Of a stretch of DNA of 64,000 bases, positions 61,539 through 64,000 are shown piece after piece. The position numbers were made by a program, and so were the translations under genes. Source of the stretch: Negativicutes bacterium (GTDB taxonomy: Bacteria > Bacillota > Negativicutes > UBA1444); contig CAXXIN010000016.1 in assembly GCA_963665275.2 (NCBI GenBank), positions 128,001-192,000 on the forward strand, written 5' to 3'. The notes below the pieces were generated by a model, which searched no databases, was not told where the DNA came from, and worked only from the letters and a program-made list of their open reading frames with translations. Each line of letters starts with the position of its first letter. Position 1 is the stretch's first letter.

Positions 61539-61601
61539 ACGATACCTTGTGATGCCGGGCCTGGACTCGGAACGCGGCGCAGGGGCGCTTATTGGTGTTG
61601 A

Positions 61602-61651
61602 AAGAACGAAGACCTCGGATCGTTTGCGAATGATCCGAAGTCTTCGTTCTT
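61602..61651. terminator. Hairpin between convergent hemL and desulfurase genes
   Basis: AAGAACGAAGAC.TCGGATC/GATCCGA.GTCTTCGTTCTT. Confidence 0.7.
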
Positions 61652-61677
61652 GTTTGGAGGCGAAAATATAAAGGCGA

Positions 61678-62829
61678 CTAACGCCGGGCGATTTTGGCCA
61701 AGGCGTCCAGTGCAGCCGATATGTCCGCTTCGGTAGTGAAGCGGCTAACGCTGAAGCGGACCGTACCCCGGCCAAAGGTGCCGAGAGTATGGTGAGCGGC
61801 CGGCGCGCAGTGCAGTCCGGTGCGGGTCAGGATGTCATAGTCGCGCTCCAACTGCACGCCGACTTCCTCACAGGGAAGATCGCCAACATTGAGCGACAGA
61901 ACACCGACCGCGTTTTCCGGGTTGTCGGAACCGTAGAGGATCACTTGGGGCAGATCGAGTAGCCCGTCCCGGAAGGCGTACATTAACTTTCGCTCGTGTT
62001 TCGCAACATTTTCCACGCCAAAGTTTAGCAGAGAAGATACCGCGGCGCCCAATCCGGCGACGCCAACTGCGTTCAGCGTGCCGCTCTCCAGTTTGTCCGG
62101 CAGAAATTCGGGCTGAAATTCGGACTCGGAGGCACTACCGGTTCCGCCGAACAGCAGCGGGCGCAGATCTACATCGGGGCCGAGCACGAGGCCGCCTGTC
62201 CCTTGGGGACCACCCAGGCTCTTGTGGCCAGTGAAAGTCAAGAAATCGATACCAACAGACTGGACATCGATCGGACATACCCCCGCCGTTTGAGCGGCAT
62301 CAACGGCGAAGCGGATACCAGCTGCGCGGGCTATGGCGGCGACGTCGGCAATCGGCAGCAGTGCACCGGTCACATTGGAGGCGTGAGTGAGAAAAATCAA
62401 ACGAGTGCGGGGTGTCAAGGCCGCCTTAACAGCCATCGGATCGAGAACGCCACGGGAGTTGCATTGTGCGACGGATATGGACAGTCCCCGTTTTTCCAGC
62501 TCTCGGAGCGGCCGCATGACCGCGTTATGTTCCATCGCACTGACCACGACATGGTCGCCGGGATTCAAAAATCCAAACAATACCAAGTTGATCGCTTCAG
62601 TGGCGTTTTTCGTAAAAATAACCCGATCAGGTGAAGGGGCATTGAACAGAGTGGACAGTGAGTCGCGGACATCATAGACCAGGCGTGAAGCTGCCAAAGC
62701 TTTGCCATGAGCGGCCCGTCCCGGGCTGCCGCCGCAATTCTCCAGGTAGTTCTTCATCGCAACGATCATCTCAGGGGCTTTGGGCCAGGATGTGGCGGCG
62801 TTATCAAGATAAACAGGCAGAGTAGACAC
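61678..62829 (-). CDS. Cysteine desulfurase-family aminotransferase class V
   Basis: YLDNAATSWPK, EHNAV, DAAQTAG, TGHK, RTGLHCAP. Confidence 0.9.
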   Translation of the reverse strand: MSTLPVYLDNAATSWPKAPEMIVAMKNYLENCGGSPGRAAHGKALAASRLVYDVRDSLSTLFNAPSPDRVIFTKNATEAINLVLFGFLNPGDHVVVSAMEHNAVMRPLRELEKRGLSISVAQCNSRGVLDPMAVKAALTPRTRLIFLTHASNVTGALLPIADVAAIARAAGIRFAVDAAQTAGVCPIDVQSVGIDFLTFTGHKSLGGPQGTGGLVLGPDVDLRPLLFGGTGSASESEFQPEFLPDKLESGTLNAVGVAGLGAAVSSLLNFGVENVAKHERKLMYAFRDGLLDLPQVILYGSDNPENAVGVLSLNVGDLPCEEVGVQLERDYDILTRTGLHCAPAAHHTLGTFGRGTVRFSVSRFTTEADISAALDALAKIARR

Positions 62830-62849
62830 CTCCTATCAAACGAATTATA

Positions 62850-63587
62850 TCACAGGCTCATCGGGAAGACTTCGTAGCGTACCCAGTTTGCAACCGCCGG
62901 TACGAAACGCTCTGATTGGCAGCTGAAACTGTGGCCATGGTCCGGCAGCAGCAGCAATCGCTTGGGCTCTTTCGCCGCGGCAAAAAGAGTCCGCCCGTGT
63001 TCCACAGGGACCGTCGTGTCGTCCAGACCGTGCACGATCAGTAGTGGTATCCCGGCCAAGTTGTGGGCCGTAGCCGGGAGGTTGTAGGCATCAAAGTCCT
63101 GGATGAATTCAGGAGTCAGATAGACCGGTTCTCCCTCGTGAAAAACGGTGACGGATTGTCCCTGCTCCAGCCGGGTATAGTCGTCGCCCAGAATGCCGCG
63201 AAAAGTTGCCGGGAGGTCAGCCGGTGAAGCCATCAGGCAAAGACCGGAGAGGCCTGGGTGAACCGCGGCAAAGGCAAGAGCCGCCGCCGCTCCCATGCTG
63301 CGGCCAAGGAGGGCGATTTCATCGCCCAATTGCTTCTGGCAATAATCCACTACGGCGCCGATTTCCTTAATCTGCCGGGAAAGACAGCGTTGCGGCGTAA
63401 AACTGAAACGAAGCACGGCTATCTCCAGATCATTCAGGCGGTCCGCCAACTCCAGCGAACTGCCTCCTGCGGCGGAGCCGCAGAAACCATGGCACACGAT
63501 CAAAACCGGACGGTTCTGACCTGATGGTGCGGGATGAAAATAGGCTGCCAGAGCCGAGTCTTCAAAAGGGATAGAAAAATTTCGCAC
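62850..63587 (-). CDS. Alpha/beta hydrolase
   Basis: CHGF, GRSMG nucleophile elbow, HGLDDTTV, GHSF. Confidence 0.85.
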   Translation of the reverse strand: MRNFSIPFEDSALAAYFHPAPSGQNRPVLIVCHGFCGSAAGGSSLELADRLNDLEIAVLRFSFTPQRCLSRQIKEIGAVVDYCQKQLGDEIALLGRSMGAAAALAFAAVHPGLSGLCLMASPADLPATFRGILGDDYTRLEQGQSVTVFHEGEPVYLTPEFIQDFDAYNLPATAHNLAGIPLLIVHGLDDTTVPVEHGRTLFAAAKEPKRLLLLPDHGHSFSCQSERFVPAVANWVRYEVFPMSL

Positions 63588-63617
63588 AGGGAAACCTCCT
63601 GCAAATAACTTGCTAAT

Positions 63618-63651
63618 AAAAAACAGGCCGCCCCGATTGGGACGGCCTGTT
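63618..63651 (-). terminator. Terminator of the zinc-ribbon gene
   Basis: Minus strand AACAGGCCGTCCC-AATC-GGGGCGGCCTGTTTTTT. Confidence 0.75.
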
Positions 63652-63711
63652 GCTTTTCAGCGGATGGACTAACGGAGCCTGCGTCCGCGACGTGCCTCGC
63701 TGGGTTAAGAC

Positions 63712-63999
63712 TTATCGACCGAAGCCGCGAGTCTTTTGGAAGCAGTCCCGGCAATAAACCGGACGGTCGCTACGCGGGGCAAAAGGAACTTGGGTTTCTA
63801 CGCCGCACTCGGCGCAAACTGCCGGATACATCTGACGCTCGCCGCCTTGACCTTGGTTGCTTCCGCCACCAAAGTTGCCGCGTTGTTTACGAGCGGAGCG
63901 GCAGGTAGGGCAACGGCCCGGCTCGTTTTGGAATCCTTTTTCAGCGTAGAATTCTTGCTCACGCGCGGTGAACTCGAAATCAACTCCGCAATCTCTGCA
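63712..63999 (-). CDS. Zinc-ribbon plus CxxC-x17-CxxC protein, 5'-truncated by window edge (missed by the ORF track)
   Basis: Reads CRDCGVDFEFTAREQEFYAEKGFQNEPGRCPTCR...VCAECGVETQVPFAPRSDRPVYCRDCFQKTRGFGR*. Confidence 0.88.
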   Translation of the reverse strand, partial: CRDCGVDFEFTAREQEFYAEKGFQNEPGRCPTCRSARKQRGNFGGGSNQGQGGERQMYPAVCAECGVETQVPFAPRSDRPVYCRDCFQKTRGFGR

Positions 64000-64000
64000 T

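Noticed and set aside
63798-63983. 61-aa ORF from the track
   Set aside because: Wrong frame; the overlapping frame 63712-63999 encodes a recognisable zinc-ribbon protein

Overview
Chromosomal window from a spore-forming, probably diderm Firmicute (Negativicutes/Sporomusaceae-like). This placement is inferred from bofA, T-box control, sigma-H-like promoters, and CsgG and AMIN-amidase envelope proteins. Housekeeping content includes a Leu T-box-controlled leuA-leuC-leuD-leuB operon extended by an ICL/PEP-mutase-family lyase and a TRAP transporter, six tRNAs (all four Ser isoacceptors plus two Arg), tadA, SRP RNA, dnaX-ybaB-recR-bofA and a sirC-hemA-hemC-cobA/hemD-hemB-hemL operon. The most unusual part is a ~12.5 kb eukaryotic-like Ser/Thr phospho-signalling locus (10.4-23.0 kb). 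It encodes a vWA-TM-FHA protein, a trypsin-TM-FHA protein, two PP2C phosphatases, a Zn-ribbon-FHA protein, two paralogous Zn-ribbon Hanks kinases (one with extracytoplasmic MORN repeats), a small secreted protein and a CsgG-family protein. Its two convergent transcription units share the motif CAGGA-N12-ATGGCAAAT (sigma-H-like). Four +1 frameshifts fragment the middle of the cluster, and an intact IS3/IS150-type element sits in the loop of the shared terminator. Also present are an AT-rich LysR-aldolase-MFS-dehydrogenase catabolic islet, an unlisted 41-aa ORF behind a candidate attenuator, and a possible ATC start codon on the CCA-adding-enzyme gene.
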